DNA of 64,000 nucleotides from Spirosoma sp. (GCA_031425355.1 JANPJE010000145.1:5671-69670); one strand, 5' to 3'. Positions 8,362 to 17,636 are shown, counted from the first letter of the stretch. The notes: generated from the sequence alone by a model not told the origin. Made by a program: numbers and translations.

Positions 8362-10269
8362 TTAAAGCAACCACCAAAGTACCAGCAATAAACCAAGTAC
8401 CATCACCGTAATATACGATTGTACCCGGCCATTTTGCACCGAACGCGTGACTTGCCCCAACCGACCGGTCAGCCAGGCCGCGCCGTTTACCAGACCATCA
8501 ACGCCCAAGCGGTCGAATCCGTTGGTAAGATGTGCCAGTATAACCGTAGCCACGCCCGTTCCATTTACGGCCCGGTCAACCACACGCTGATCGGTGCGGT
8601 TAAGAAACGCAGCCAGTCTTAACGTCGGTCGGATCACCATATACTTGTAGAAAAAATCTAAAAATCCGTAGTGAAGCGAAAGGCGGACGTAGCTGGAATA
8701 AGATTTCGGATCGCGCATGCTGAAGCCAAGCCAGCCGCCCAGCAACACCAGCCCAATAGAAATTGGGGCCAGCCAAACGAATGTTTCTTCCTCTGTCACT
8801 GGCACAATTCGGAAGAACCAACTACCGTGTCCCGAAAGTGGATTGACTGAGAACCAGGCCCAGACGGACAGGGCGGCCAGCAGTGCTACCGGACCACGCA
8901 TTAACCAACCAGGCTCGTGAGCCTGCGTCAACGGCATGGATTCGTTTCGATACGTACCGAAGAAAACGAGCCGCCACTGCCGGGCCATATACAGAGCTGT
9001 CAACCCCGACGATACTAATAGCAGTATTGGCACACTGTATGCCAGGCCGTTGCTCTGTGTGTCAGCCCAGGTAAAAGCACCACCCAAAACCGCTTCTTTG
9101 GATAAAAAACCTGAGAAGAAAGGCACTCCCGCCAACGCAGCCGCACAGGCGGTATACGCCAAAAACGTTATCGGCAATACCCGTCGCAAACCGCCCATCT
9201 GCCGCATATCCTGCGTATGAACGGCATGAATAACCGCCCCCGCGCTCAAAAACAGGCCAGCTTTAAAAAACGCATGGGTTAGCAAGTGGAACGTCGCTCC
9301 GCCTACGTTATCGGTCCCCATTCCGGCCACCATTAACCCCAATTGCGAGACCGTCGAGAAAGCCAGTACTTTTTTAATATCAGTTTGAAAAACGGCTGAG
9401 TACCCACCCCAGATCGTTGTGATCGCACCAATTACGGTAATGACAACCAAGGCATCGGGCGAAAGCAGCGGATGAATTCGGGCCAGCAGAAAAATACCGG
9501 CGGCAACCATCGTAGCGGCATGAAGCAAGGCCGATACGGGCGTCGGACCTTCCATCGCGTCGGGGAGCCACGACAACAACGGGAACTGCGCTGATTTCCC
9601 CATACAACCCATGAATAGGCACAACCCAAGGGCCGTTGGCAGCACGGCGGGGAGGGTACTACTTGTCAGGGCTGAAAACTCAAGTGTATCGAAATAGTAG
9701 TACGTTAGAAAAATACCAATCAGGAAGCCAACATCGCCAACGCGGTTCATCAAAAATGCTTTCTGAGCGGCCTTCGATGCGGCAGGGCGTTCGGCATAGA
9801 AACCGATGAGCAGATAAGACGCCAGCCCAACCAGTTCCCAGAATGCGTACAGTACCAGCAGATTACCCGCCAGCACAATGCCAAGCATGGCGCCAATAAA
9901 CAGTTGTAGATAAGAAAAATAACGACGTAGCTTAGGCTCGTTGTGCAGGTAAGAAATCGAATAAATCTGAACCAGCAGGGCGACAAAATGCACCAGCACC
10001 AGCATCAGGACGGCCAGCGCATCGAGTCGAAAGCTAACGCCAAACGACACCCCCGATATGGTAGCCCAATCGGACTGTACGACTACCGGTTGCTCGGGTA
10101 AGACGACCGCCAGCCACACCGACAATGCCAGACCTGCGCTGGTGAGCAAAACCGCAACCAGACCAGCCATCCGCCGGGTGGTACCAGTCAGCACCAGAAA
10201 GCCTGCAAAGGGTAGCCCCAGCAGGATAGCCATCAGTACAGGAAGCAGTTGGGAGGTATTGGCGGGCAT
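8362..10269 (-). CDS. nuoL: NADH-quinone oxidoreductase subunit L
   Basis: FWELVGLASYLLIGF, KAFLMNRVGD, GKSAQFPLLSWLPDAMEGPTPVSALLHAATMV, HAFFKAGLFL, QNGRVQSY. ATG at 10269. Confidence 0.95.
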   Translation of the reverse strand: MPANTSQLLPVLMAILLGLPFAGFLVLTGTTRRMAGLVAVLLTSAGLALSVWLAVVLPEQPVVVQSDWATISGVSFGVSFRLDALAVLMLVLVHFVALLVQIYSISYLHNEPKLRRYFSYLQLFIGAMLGIVLAGNLLVLYAFWELVGLASYLLIGFYAERPAASKAAQKAFLMNRVGDVGFLIGIFLTYYYFDTLEFSALTSSTLPAVLPTALGLCLFMGCMGKSAQFPLLSWLPDAMEGPTPVSALLHAATMVAAGIFLLARIHPLLSPDALVVITVIGAITTIWGGYSAVFQTDIKKVLAFSTVSQLGLMVAGMGTDNVGGATFHLLTHAFFKAGLFLSAGAVIHAVHTQDMRQMGGLRRVLPITFLAYTACAAALAGVPFFSGFLSKEAVLGGAFTWADTQSNGLAYSVPILLLVSSGLTALYMARQWRLVFFGTYRNESMPLTQAHEPGWLMRGPVALLAALSVWAWFSVNPLSGHGSWFFRIVPVTEEETFVWLAPISIGLVLLGGWLGFSMRDPKSYSSYVRLSLHYGFLDFFYKYMVIRPTLRLAAFLNRTDQRVVDRAVNGTGVATVILAHLTNGFDRLGVDGLVNGAAWLTGRLGQVTRSVQNGRVQSYITVMVLGLLLVLWWLL

Positions 10270-10292
10270 TCGTCGTTCGTCGGAATTGGCCG

Positions 10293-10324
10293 CAAATATC
10301 CCATTTCTACAGTATGGAAACAAA
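10293..10324 (-). promoter_or_regulatory. Possible internal Bacteroidota sigma-70 promoter for nuoL-nuoM
   Basis: Minus strand reads TTTG (10324-10321), 20 nt, GATATTTG (10300-10293); one mismatch to TTTG-N19-21-TAnnTTTG. Confidence 0.35.
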
Positions 10325-10330
10325 CGACAA

Positions 10331-10939
10331 TCAAGCCGTTTTCAACCAGCCCGTCACACTGAGCCGTTCGCTGGTGGCAGGCAGCACCTCATGCTCCAGC
10401 CGCCCGCTCTCGAAACAGACCAACCGACCACCCGTTGGCGTGATGATGACCTGCCGTTCGGGCTTACTCCCTGAACCAGGAACGTAAAGAGCCAGTTGAC
10501 CGCCATCGGTTTCATTCCAGTCGGTATTGAGGTAGCAAACGACCGATAATTTCCGGCGGGAATCACTGCGAAACTGGTCCAGATGGCGTTTGTAGAACGT
10601 GCCTGTTGGATAGAGTGCGTAGTGAAATTCGTACTCCCGCAAACCAAGGTAGCAGGTTTGGTTCATATAGTTTACAAACTCCCCGATACGTTGCAAAAAA
10701 GCGGCTTCGTCAGATGTGGCGGTGGTATCGTCCAGCCACATAATTTCATCGCCCCGAATCGTATTTTCGGTCGTTACCTGCTGATTTCCAATGCCAGCCG
10801 CCCTAAACTGTCCGGCTGTACGTCGTTCGCGCAGCCGGTTGGCAAGTGCGATTACTTCAGATTGCGTCAAAAAATTATCCGTAATGCCGTACCCGTCCTC
10901 CAGAATTCCGTCGATGATTGGGTCAAAAAGATCTGTCAC
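10331..10939 (-). CDS. 2OG-Fe(II) oxygenase, EGLN/PHD/SM-20-like prolyl 4-hydroxylase family
   Basis: RGDEIMWL, YPTGTFYKRHLD (HxD), CYLNTDW..GGQL, RLVCF, HEVLPA, RLSVTGW match PHD2-type motifs. Start overlaps the nuoK stop (ATGA). Confidence 0.88.
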   Translation of the reverse strand: MTDLFDPIIDGILEDGYGITDNFLTQSEVIALANRLRERRTAGQFRAAGIGNQQVTTENTIRGDEIMWLDDTTATSDEAAFLQRIGEFVNYMNQTCYLGLREYEFHYALYPTGTFYKRHLDQFRSDSRRKLSVVCYLNTDWNETDGGQLALYVPGSGSKPERQVIITPTGGRLVCFESGRLEHEVLPATSERLSVTGWLKTA

Positions 10940-11247
10940 TGTTTCATTTCGTTCAGTTCGTCTAATTGCGCCGTCCGGAAATGGCGATATACCTGCAAAA
11001 CAACAGCCAGCGCCACCGCCGATTCGGCAGCCGCTACGACCATAACAAACAAACTCAGCATCTGTCCCTGCAAGCGATCAGGATCATATTGACTAAAGGC
11101 TACGAGATTGATGTTGACCGCATTAAGCATTAGTTCGATGCCCATCAGCACGACAATAGCGTGGCGTTTCAGTAGGACCACTGCCAGCCCAATGCTGAAC
11201 AGGGCCGCGCCAACAATTAAGAATAAATGACTGTCAACGGGTTGCAT
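10936..11247 (-). CDS. nuoK: NADH-quinone oxidoreductase subunit K
   Basis: LMGIELMLNAVNINLVAF, FVMVVAAAESAVALA. Confidence 0.95.
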   Translation of the reverse strand: MQPVDSHLFLIVGAALFSIGLAVVLLKRHAIVVLMGIELMLNAVNINLVAFSQYDPDRLQGQMLSLFVMVVAAAESAVALAVVLQVYRHFRTAQLDELNEMKQ

Positions 11248-11788
11248 CGGGCGAGGATTTGGTTTGTGGAGACGCTAAATACGTAGCACCAACGAGAGCT
11301 GCCAGCAATAGAATCCCGACGATTTCAAACGGCAGTACGTACTCCGTCATCAGTTGCTTGCCAATGGTATTGACAGTGCTTTGCCAGCCAACAGCTTGAG
11401 TCAATAAAGTAAAATTTGCCCGTGACAGTAACGTGTACAGGGCAACAAATAAAGCACCGGCAACCAGCACGGCTACGACCCATCCTGACCCGGCACCCAC
11501 CCTATTTCCAGAGATAATCTGGTTGGGTTGCTGGCTATCGGTCGTCGTTCGTTCGGGCTTGTGGGTGAGCATGACGCCAAAAATTACCAAAACCAACACG
11601 CCCCCGACGTAAATCATAATCTGGGCAATGGCCAGAAAATCGGCACTGGCCAGCACAAACAAGCCTGCTACGCCAAGTAAGGTTAGCAGCAGAAAAAATG
11701 CTGCATAAATGACGCTTCGGGTCAGCAAAACGGCCAGTGCGCCGACAAGCGTCAGTGCGGAAAAGGCATAAAAGGCGAATTGAAGCAC
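11234..11788 (-). CDS. nuoJ: NADH-quinone oxidoreductase subunit J
   Basis: ADFLAIAQIMIYVGGVLVLVIFGVML, IGKQLMTEYVLPFEIVGILLLAALVGA. Confidence 0.95.
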   Translation of the reverse strand: MLQFAFYAFSALTLVGALAVLLTRSVIYAAFFLLLTLLGVAGLFVLASADFLAIAQIMIYVGGVLVLVIFGVMLTHKPERTTTDSQQPNQIISGNRVGAGSGWVVAVLVAGALFVALYTLLSRANFTLLTQAVGWQSTVNTIGKQLMTEYVLPFEIVGILLLAALVGATYLASPQTKSSPDATR

Positions 11789-11808
11789 TAATTTGTTAGT
11801 ATTGATGG

Positions 11809-13050
11809 TTAGGCAGGTGTCTCGTCGTCGGGTTTCGACTTCGGTTTCATTGTTGGGCGGAACGTAGCGGGCTTTGGTTTCGGAACATCAGGCTGTTTCT
11901 CTGGTTCCGATTCAACTGGCTTCGCGGGTTTCATGGTTGGCCGAAAAGCCATTGGTTTCGGTACGTCTGTATCTGCCGGACCGTCAGGCTGAACCTCTGG
12001 CTGTATTTCCGCTGCTTTTGGCGGCTTCATCGTTGGCCGAAAAGCAGGTTTTGGCTTCTCAGGTTCAGATTTTACGGGTGCGTCCGGCACTATTTCAGTT
12101 GGTTTCGCGACTGGCGGCTTCATCGTTGGCCGGAAACCGCCAGATTTTACAACTGGCTGAGCAGAGGCTGACTGCAAGTCTGGTGACGGTGTTTCTGTTT
12201 TTGATACGTCGTCTGATACGTCCGTTACCAGCGTCGTGGGCTTTTGTGTCGGCCTGAACACCGGTTTCTTTTTGGCTTCTAACCCGCCCTGGGCAATCTG
12301 CTGCATTTCATCCGGCGTTGCATCAGTCAGCGGATGTTCGATGGACGAGCCTTCCGAGTTGGCGGGTTCGGCAGGCGTTTCCGTCAGTGCGACTGGTTTG
12401 GCTGTTGGCCGAAATACAGGACGTTTCGGTGCTGTTGTTACTGGATTAGTTTCTGCTGGCGGAATCAGTGCCTTTGCAGCTACCTGAGCCGCCTTTGCTT
12501 CTTCTTTCTCCCGAACGAACTGCTCATACAACGCCCGTTTTTCATCTGCCTGCTCCGGCGTCAGTTCAGCGAAATGATACGTTAGTTTGCCAAGATCGAA
12601 CTCGCTGTAATCGAACTTCTTATCCATTGTCAGGCACTCGGTCGGGCACACCACCGTGCAAAGGCCGCAGTAGCAGCACTTAGCCATATCAATGTCGAAT
12701 TTGGCGGCATATAACCGAATCGGCGACCCATCCGATGCCCGTCCGACTTCCTCCGTAGCCTTGATAGCGTCAATGGTAATGCAATCGACCGGACAGATCT
12801 TCGCGCATTTGTCACAGACGATGCAATCCTCAATCTCGTTGCGAAGCCGGTAGCGACCATTATCGGGAACGGGCAGTTGCTCGTGTGGGTACTGAAGCGT
12901 AACGAGACCATTCTGCAAATCGAAATAATTGTCACTCGCTATCCCTTCGGAAGTTCGGCGTTTGGTAGCATTCCGAAGATGCCGAAGCGTCAGGCTCAGG
13001 CCTTTAAGCGTCGTTCGGATACCCGATTGTATGTCCTGAAAGTATGACAT
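11809..13050 (-). CDS. nuoI: NADH-quinone oxidoreductase subunit I with a ~220-aa repetitive C-terminal tail
   Basis: VTLQYP, CIVCDKCAKICP, FDIDMAKCCYCGLCTVVCP (two [4Fe-4S] motifs); lies upstream of nuoJ; ATG at 13050 (MSYFQD). Confidence 0.9.
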   Translation of the reverse strand: MSYFQDIQSGIRTTLKGLSLTLRHLRNATKRRTSEGIASDNYFDLQNGLVTLQYPHEQLPVPDNGRYRLRNEIEDCIVCDKCAKICPVDCITIDAIKATEEVGRASDGSPIRLYAAKFDIDMAKCCYCGLCTVVCPTECLTMDKKFDYSEFDLGKLTYHFAELTPEQADEKRALYEQFVREKEEAKAAQVAAKALIPPAETNPVTTAPKRPVFRPTAKPVALTETPAEPANSEGSSIEHPLTDATPDEMQQIAQGGLEAKKKPVFRPTQKPTTLVTDVSDDVSKTETPSPDLQSASAQPVVKSGGFRPTMKPPVAKPTEIVPDAPVKSEPEKPKPAFRPTMKPPKAAEIQPEVQPDGPADTDVPKPMAFRPTMKPAKPVESEPEKQPDVPKPKPATFRPTMKPKSKPDDETPA

Positions 13051-13061
13051 TTTTAAATGAG

Positions 13062-13142
13062 TGATTGATAAAATGATTGAATAAGCTGACGCATTACATT
13101 CAATCACCGCGCGGGCGGCCCCGTCAATCATTCTATCAATCA
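13062..13142. repeat. Intergenic inverted repeat made of tgat/tgaa units, with a GC-rich core
   Basis: tgattgataaaatgattga / tcaatcattctatcaatca (19 bp, 1 mismatch) around ...ccgcgcgggcggccccg. Confidence 0.7.
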
Positions 13143-13145
13143 AAA

Positions 13146-15551
13146 TTATAGCTGTGGAAATCGCTCGGGTTCGGCTTCACTCATGAGCGAATAGACCGTT
13201 TCGATTACGTCGTCGACGTTTGGTTTTGAGAAATAATCGCCATCGGAGCCGTAAGGAGGCCGGTGTGGTTTGGCCGATAAGGTACGCGGAGCAGAATCTA
13301 AATACTTATATGCATTCTGGCCTTCGACAACCTGCTGCATCATATAGGCCGATGCGCCACCCGGCACGTCTTCATCGGCAAACAACACCCGATTCGTTTT
13401 TTTAATGGAATTAACAATGGAATGATGCACGTCGAATGGCAATAATGTCTGCACGTCGATTACTTCGAGACTGATACCCAGTTGGGCCAACTGATTGGCG
13501 GCTTCCAGTACAATCCGGCACATAGAGCCGTAGGTAATTACCGTTACGTCGGAGCCAGTCCGTATAGTTTCCGGCACACCCAGCGGTACACAGAATTCAT
13601 TCAGATTAGCAGGCAGTATTTCTTTCAAACGGTACCCATTCAGCGATTCAATAAGCAAAGCCGGATCGTCGCCTTTGATGAGTGTATTGTAAAAACCAAC
13701 TGCCTGAGTCATGTTACGGGGTACCAGTACGTGCAATCCCCGAAGACTCCCAAGCATAGCACCCATCGGCGAACCCGAATGCCAGATACCTTCCAGTCGG
13801 TGGCCGCGAGTCCGAACAATAAGCGGAGCTTTTTGACCGCCTTTCGTTCGGTAATGGAGCGTAGCCAGATCGTCGGTTAGCGTGGCTAAGGTATAATAGA
13901 CATAATCGAAATATTGAATCTCGACAATGGGGCGGAGGCCACGCATGGCCATGCCAATGCCTTGCCCAATGATGGTCGTTTCGCGAATGCCGGTGTCGGT
14001 GATTCGTATTTCGCCAAATTTTTCCTGCAAACCCGCAAAACCCTGATTGACATCGCCAATTTGGCCCACATCCTCACCCAATGCGACCACGCGCGGGTCG
14101 CGGGTGAACAGGCTTTCGAAATAATGCTGAAGAAGTAAATAGCCATCGAGCACCGGACTATTGTCGGTGTACTCCGCGGGTACAGATTCAACCCGCATGG
14201 GCGAATCTGGCGACTGGCTGTATAAATGTGAACTGAACCGGTCGGTGTTCTCGGTATTGGTCCGGTCGAGCCAAGCCTTCAACCGGTTCCGACCATGGCT
14301 GTTATCCGTACGCAGAATACGTAACGCTTTTCGCACAGCAGAGACGGCATCCCGACGGATTGGCGAGAAGCTTTTGCGAAGTTCCTCGCGAATAGCCATT
14401 AATTCAGCCGACTTAGCATGATGGCGGGCTGTTTGTTGAAGCAGATCGAGAGCCTCACTTAAATCACCTTTCATCGAGTCCTGGTACGCGTTCCAAGCAG
14501 CAACACGGGCATTTTTCGCTGTTTGCTTCGCTTCGTTCTCAATGATTTCCAATTCCTCATTGGTCGCGTAGCCATTTTCCAGAATCCACTGCCGGAACAT
14601 ACGATTGCAATCGTGTTCGGCCTCCCACGTTAACCGATCTCTCGATTTGTAGCGTTCGTGGGAACCGGAAGTCGAATGTCCCTGTGGCTGGGTAAGTTCC
14701 TGTACATGAACCAGTACGGGCACATGCTCAGTACGGCAAATATGGGCCGCCTGCTGATAGGTTTCGAGCAGGGCGACGTAATCCCAGCCTTTCACCGTAA
14801 ATATCTCCATGCCTCTGTCGTCTGCATCACGCTGAAAACCAGCCAACGCTTTCGATATACTACCTTTAACCGTCTGGTATTCAACGGGTACTGATATACC
14901 ATATCCATCATCCCAGACGGACATCAGCAACGGCACCTGCAACACACCGGCGGCATTCATCGACTCCCAAAACATACCCTGAGACGTAGATGCGTCGCCA
15001 ATGGTGCCAAAGACGATTTCGTTGCCGTTGCGCGAAAAGTTGGTCAGATCGTTCAGAGCGGGGTTGTTACGAAACAGTTTGGAGGCATAGGCCAGCCCAA
15101 GCGCACGCGGAATCTGCCCCGCCGTAGGAGCAATATCACAAACAGAATTATAGAGTTCGGTTTGGTTGCGCCATTGTCCCTGCTCGTCGAGCCAGCGGGT
15201 AGCAAAGTGGCCGTTCATTGACCGACCGGCGGTGTTGGGATCGGCCTCCAGATCGGTATGTGCGTATAATTGGGCGAAAAATTCTGCCCATCGGAGTTCG
15301 CCCAGAGCCGCTACGAACGTCTGATCGCGGTAGTAGCCCGAACGAAAGTCTCCCCGTTCGAAGGCATGTGCGGCTGCCATTTGGGCCAGTTCTTTTCCAT
15401 CACCAAATATGCCAAATTTAGCCCGCCCGCCCATCACATCACGCCGACCCAACAAACTTACCTGCCTGCTTTCAAAAGCCAGCCGATAGTCTGAAAGGAT
15501 TTTTTCACGACTTAAAATATCAGTCGAGCGAAGTTGTTCGTTTGCTATCAC
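13146..15551 (-). CDS. Fused alpha/beta E1 component of a 2-oxoacid dehydrogenase (branched-chain or pyruvate type)
   Basis: TPP motif GDASTSQG..N; beta part LGEDVG..GDVNQGFAGLQ, DTGIRETTIIG, EVIDVQTLLPFD; 801 aa. Confidence 0.9.
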   Translation of the reverse strand: MIANEQLRSTDILSREKILSDYRLAFESRQVSLLGRRDVMGGRAKFGIFGDGKELAQMAAAHAFERGDFRSGYYRDQTFVAALGELRWAEFFAQLYAHTDLEADPNTAGRSMNGHFATRWLDEQGQWRNQTELYNSVCDIAPTAGQIPRALGLAYASKLFRNNPALNDLTNFSRNGNEIVFGTIGDASTSQGMFWESMNAAGVLQVPLLMSVWDDGYGISVPVEYQTVKGSISKALAGFQRDADDRGMEIFTVKGWDYVALLETYQQAAHICRTEHVPVLVHVQELTQPQGHSTSGSHERYKSRDRLTWEAEHDCNRMFRQWILENGYATNEELEIIENEAKQTAKNARVAAWNAYQDSMKGDLSEALDLLQQTARHHAKSAELMAIREELRKSFSPIRRDAVSAVRKALRILRTDNSHGRNRLKAWLDRTNTENTDRFSSHLYSQSPDSPMRVESVPAEYTDNSPVLDGYLLLQHYFESLFTRDPRVVALGEDVGQIGDVNQGFAGLQEKFGEIRITDTGIRETTIIGQGIGMAMRGLRPIVEIQYFDYVYYTLATLTDDLATLHYRTKGGQKAPLIVRTRGHRLEGIWHSGSPMGAMLGSLRGLHVLVPRNMTQAVGFYNTLIKGDDPALLIESLNGYRLKEILPANLNEFCVPLGVPETIRTGSDVTVITYGSMCRIVLEAANQLAQLGISLEVIDVQTLLPFDVHHSIVNSIKKTNRVLFADEDVPGGASAYMMQQVVEGQNAYKYLDSAPRTLSAKPHRPPYGSDGDYFSKPNVDDVIETVYSLMSEAEPERFPQL

Positions 15552-15796
15552 AACAGAGCTACGGATTGAAATCGTCCAGGAATCAATTTATTGATGAAGT
15601 ATAAATGGCATTGGACAGGCCAATTACCAAGTGAAAGTAAAAGTAAGGCAAAACAAGTCAGCTTTCAAAAAAACGATTTTCTGCGTTTATTTGTTGACCA
15701 AATGAAAGTCAGTACGTGCTTTGGCAAACTGTTTGCTCTGGGTACATTTTATCAATGCACTATTTTAACAACCAAACCATAATTCCGTTTAGTCCG

Positions 15797-16246
15797 ATGA
15801 AAAAGATTTTTTCACTTTTTGTAGCTTTATTTGTGTTCGTCGCAGTTGGCTACGCTCAGAAAGGGGTTTTGAAATTTGCCAAAGAAACGCATGACTTCGG
15901 TAAAGTTGAGCAGGGCAAGCCGGTGACACACGTGTTTGAATTCAAGAATACAGGTTCTGACCCCATTGTCATCAACGACGCGCAGGCCTCCTGCGGCTGT
16001 ACAAAGCCAAGTTTCTCTCGTGAGCCAATTATGCCGGGGAAAAGTGGTTCTATTTCAGCAACGTACAACGCAGCCGCTTCCGGGCCGTTTAACAAATCAG
16101 TAACGGTAACGAGCAATGCGGAAGCAGGCCAGGCGGTATTGTATCTTAAAGGCGAAGTTGTAGCCGCCGGAGCCGCCACAACGGCCGCTGCACCAACAGG
16201 CGCTCCTGTTAAAGACAAAAAGAAAGGAACAAAAACCTCACGCTAA
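15797..16246 (+). CDS. DUF1573 Ig-like domain secreted protein
   Basis: Signal peptide MKKIFSLF; HDFGKV, FEFKNTG, ASCGCT, PIMPGKSG, GPFNKSVTVTSNA. Confidence 0.88.
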   Translation: MKKIFSLFVALFVFVAVGYAQKGVLKFAKETHDFGKVEQGKPVTHVFEFKNTGSDPIVINDAQASCGCTKPSFSREPIMPGKSGSISATYNAAASGPFNKSVTVTSNAEAGQAVLYLKGEVVAAGAATTAAAPTGAPVKDKKKGTKTSR

Positions 16247-16275
16247 TTTACTGAAGGGTTAATAGTGTGGTTAAG

Positions 16276-16312
16276 AAAGGCATCTGGTTGTTTACCGGAT
16301 GCCTTTTTTTTG
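16276..16312 (+). terminator. Rho-independent terminator
   Basis: aaaggcatctggt / accggatgccttt stem followed by a T-run. Confidence 0.75.
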
Positions 16313-16561
16313 CGCGTTTTTTATCCAGTTCGGCAACCGGTTGACTAACCCGGCGTCCACTCTTCCCATACTTCTTTTTTATGCACTGACTACTACCTAC
16401 TTTTGGTACGTCTTCTGACTACAACCTGTCTATGGCTCCGCCCCAACGCTGGTAAATCCGGCCTGTTTCCGCTCTTCGGACGTACTAATTTTTCACTATC
16501 TCTTCCACGAATAGCCACTTTGTTGTGATAGGCAATGGGACTGTTCATTACTACCTAAGCT

Positions 16562-17467
16562 ATGTTTTTTATTGTTCTCGGCATTCTGGCCCTTATTGCC
16601 GGATTTGCCATTAATACGCCTGCACTGGCGTTTTCGCGCTTCTCCCGACCCGCTAAGGTGGTCGGTTTTATTCTGATTGTTCTCGGTTTGCTAACATCCA
16701 GTGTCCGCCAGATTGACGCCGGGCATGTGGGCGTGATTTCGCTTTTTGGTAATGTTAGCGACCGCACATTGAACTCTGGTCTGAATTTCGTCAATCCATT
16801 AGCCACGGTAACGGAGTTCGATACCAAAACATTGAACTACACAATGTCGGCCACGCACGATGAAGGCGACAGGCAGGGCGATGATGCCATTCGGGTACTG
16901 ACCGCCGATGGATTGGAGGTAGTCATTGACCTGACCGTTTTATATCGTGTAGTGCCGGATGACGCACCGAAAATCTACCGTCAGATTGGTGCCGATTATA
17001 CCGACAAAGTTGTTCGTCCGATCACGCGTACCCGTATCCGCGATAACGCCGTTTATTACGATGCCGTTGCGTTGTATTCAACCCGGCGCGACGAGTTCCA
17101 GACCCGAATTTACAAGACCATTGAAGCCGATTTTAAAAAGCGTGGGTTATTACTGGAGCAACTATTGATCCGAAATATCGACCTGCCTGCATCCGTCAAA
17201 AAAACCATTGAGTCGAAGATCAACGCCGAGCAGGATGCCCAAAAAATGCAGTTCGTGTTGCAAAAGGAACGTCAGGAAGCTGAGCGGAAACGGGTAGAAG
17301 CGCAGGGTATCGCCGACTATCAAAAGATTTTATCGACGGGGCTGAGCGACAAGCAGTTGCAATATGAGCAGATCAAAGCGCAGCGGGAGTTGGCCGCATC
17401 ACCCAATGCAAAGATTGTGATTATGGGTGGGCGTGGCAATGTCCCGCTTATTCTTAACGAGAAATAG
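16562..17467 (+). CDS. SPFH/prohibitin family membrane protein
   Basis: GHVGVISLFG, GLNFVNPL, VLTADGLEV, C-terminal coiled coil EAERKRVEAQGIADYQ. Confidence 0.9.
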   Translation: MFFIVLGILALIAGFAINTPALAFSRFSRPAKVVGFILIVLGLLTSSVRQIDAGHVGVISLFGNVSDRTLNSGLNFVNPLATVTEFDTKTLNYTMSATHDEGDRQGDDAIRVLTADGLEVVIDLTVLYRVVPDDAPKIYRQIGADYTDKVVRPITRTRIRDNAVYYDAVALYSTRRDEFQTRIYKTIEADFKKRGLLLEQLLIRNIDLPASVKKTIESKINAEQDAQKMQFVLQKERQEAERKRVEAQGIADYQKILSTGLSDKQLQYEQIKAQRELAASPNAKIVIMGGRGNVPLILNEK

Positions 17468-17473
17468 TAACGT

Positions 17474-17540
17474 ACCTACCAACGGAATTCATCCCGTATT
17501 TTGAAGTGGCCTAAATACGGGATGAATTCCGTTGGTAGGT
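17474..17540. repeat. 28-bp perfect inverted repeat, REP/REPIN-like
   Basis: acctaccaacggaattcatcccgtattt / aaatacgggatgaattccgttggtaggt with an 11-nt loop; each arm holds an inner acgg...ccgt palindrome. Confidence 0.75.
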
Positions 17541-17636
17541 TAATAAATTCACAAAAACGCAGTCTGTTAAACCATTTCGGTTTGATGAACTGCGTTTTTT
17601 GCATATCATTGTTTTATTCCACCGTCTGTCCACCTT

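Noticed and set aside
13051-13143. N-terminal extensions in the ORF track (nuoI 13143, nuoM 8396, nuoL 10323, ORF 48900)
   Set aside because: They run through intergenic repeats, a predicted promoter or the neighbouring gene; downstream ATGs give family-typical N-termini.
16313-16561. Possible riboswitch or sRNA upstream of the SPFH gene
   Set aside because: Pyrimidine-rich gap with no recognisable aptamer consensus or convincing stem; an Rfam/Infernal scan would be needed.
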